Origin: Candidatus Hydrogenedentota bacterium
Lineage (GTDB): Bacteria > Hydrogenedentota > Hydrogenedentia > Hydrogenedentales > SLHB01
Assembly: GCA_963745075.1 (NCBI GenBank)
Contig: CAVUWV010000008.1
Span: forward strand, 497,837 to 561,836
Direction of reading: 5' to 3'
DNA: 64,000 nt
In this document: one piece after another, positions 62,771 to 64,000 of the stretch
Layout: each line of letters opens with the position of its first letter
Numbering within the stretch: the stretch's first letter is position 1
Translations under genes and position numbers: made by a program
Notes under the pieces: model-generated
What the model was told of the DNA's origin: nothing
Database searches by the model: none
Seen by the model: only the letters and a program-made list of their open reading frames with translations

Positions 62771-63526
62771 ATGCTTCGAAGTACACTTCGACTGGCCTTG
62801 GTGGCTCTGATTCTGCTCGCGGGGATTGCATCCGCCGATCCCGCGACCCTGTTCGACGACATGGTCGCCTTCGACCGGGTGTACATCCCGGCGTTGGCGA
62901 TGACGAGCCAGGGGAAGGAGCGGCCGTCCCTGAAAGCCATTGCGCAATTGAAGGAAGCCTGGACCACGTTCCAGGAAGCGCACTCTGGCGATTACCCCGA
63001 TGACCCGGAGTGGAAACGCGATTTCAAGGCCATCGACGACAGGCTCTTCGAATCGACCATGTTTACTTCCCCGGACTGGACCCATCTGGCCCACAACGCG
63101 CTGGAGCCGATTCGCGACCGCATGCGTGAAATGCGGCTTCGCCACGATATCGACTACTACGTCGACTACTTGACCGCATTCCACGAACCCATGGAAACCA
63201 TCGTTCTCGCGGGGAAAGACAAGACGACGCAAACCTTCACGGAAGACGATTTGGCGACCATCAAGAAGACCATTCCCCAGGCGGAAAAGTTGTGGGCCGA
63301 AGTCCAGGCCGCCCCTTTCGAAGCGGGCCGCTACGGCTTTTCTCCCGCCAAAGCCAAGCAAGTCGCCGATCAAGTCGAAAAAGAAGCCCAAGCCCTCGCC
63401 GCGTTGAACAAAGCCGTCGCCGCCGGTGACACTGCCGCCATCATCCAACGCGCCGTCGCCATGAAACCCAACTTCGCCAAGCTCTTCATGATGTTCGGGG
63501 ATTTTGAGGGGCTGGGGGTGGAGTGA
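62771..63526 (+). CDS. Secreted helical hypothetical protein
   Basis: Signal peptide ending IASA; AHNALE and FHEPME helical motifs. Confidence 0.8.
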   Translation: MLRSTLRLALVALILLAGIASADPATLFDDMVAFDRVYIPALAMTSQGKERPSLKAIAQLKEAWTTFQEAHSGDYPDDPEWKRDFKAIDDRLFESTMFTSPDWTHLAHNALEPIRDRMREMRLRHDIDYYVDYLTAFHEPMETIVLAGKDKTTQTFTEDDLATIKKTIPQAEKLWAEVQAAPFEAGRYGFSPAKAKQVADQVEKEAQALAALNKAVAAGDTAAIIQRAVAMKPNFAKLFMMFGDFEGLGVE

Positions 63527-63598
63527 CTGGTGTGCGACGGCCAGTTATACGAACGGGTTCAAGTCGAATAAGGGAAGCGAACAGCCTGCGACGATCAG

Positions 63599-63937
63599 TT
63601 ATTTACCCGCCCCGAGAAAGAATATTGCTATCCAAAGAAATATCCAAAGCGGCGCAAGACCGAATAGAATCACGACAGTAAGTAGTACACATTTGAACAG
63701 AAAGGTTAATCTGTTTCGTGTGGGCGGCCTTGCACAGCGAAAATAACCAGCAAAAAGAGCGACTCCGTAACCAGAAAGCGCGAGACCCGCAAGGACAAAC
63801 CCTGACAAGGCTGCCAGCGTAACTCGCATGTCGAAACCTGGCCGACCCGCACACGCCGCAGCCAGTAGAGCAGCAGCACCTTCCATTCCACCTAGAGCTG
63901 CAACGATTAGTGCTTGCTTCACACCGATCGTTTTCAC
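63599..63937 (-). CDS. Small membrane protein
   Basis: Three hydrophobic segments; atypical codon usage. Confidence 0.5.
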   Translation of the reverse strand: MKTIGVKQALIVAALGGMEGAAALLAAACAGRPGFDMRVTLAALSGFVLAGLALSGYGVALFAGYFRCARPPTRNRLTFLFKCVLLTVVILFGLAPLWIFLWIAIFFLGAGK

Positions 63938-64000
63938 GGTTGAATTCGCAACCTTGTCTACCCCGTAATCTTCAACAGCCTCGCTTCGCTTTGGATCATC

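Overview
GC-rich bacterial chromosomal window. The gene repertoire (DUF1559/H-X9-DG prepilin-type protein, PEP-CTERM protein, Tat-exported Gfo/Idh/MocA proteins, PagL- and Kdo-kinase-like envelope genes) suggests a diderm such as Ca. Hydrogenedentota or a PVC-like lineage; this is inference only. Housekeeping genes: rlmD-like, pckA, gatCAB-rsfS, thrS, rlmB, hisG-like, ndk, purA, typA, tRNA-Val(CAC). Other loci: a carbamoyltransferase-GT4-GT4-PIG-L cluster, a TolC/MacAB-type exporter, tandem acyl-CoA ligases and a GH29 fucosidase. Accessory signals: (1) two tandem small-peptide genes (6848-7375) sharing a conserved basic leader-like motif; (2) a 65-aa orphan ORF behind a consensus sigma70 promoter carrying a CTG-N10-CAG (SOS-box-like) operator; (3) an unannotated ~165-nt hairpin RNA candidate (6S-like) with its own promoter; (4) a 29-aa bS22/mS38-like gene absent from the ORF track; (5) two small-protein + nucleotidyltransferase pairs and a decayed DUF4160/DUF2442 pair; (6) many different REP/MITE-like intergenic palindromes and an IS481-like end. 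Five single-base insertions split genes, most probably through sequencing error. No CRISPR array, rRNA or intact transposase/integrase was seen.
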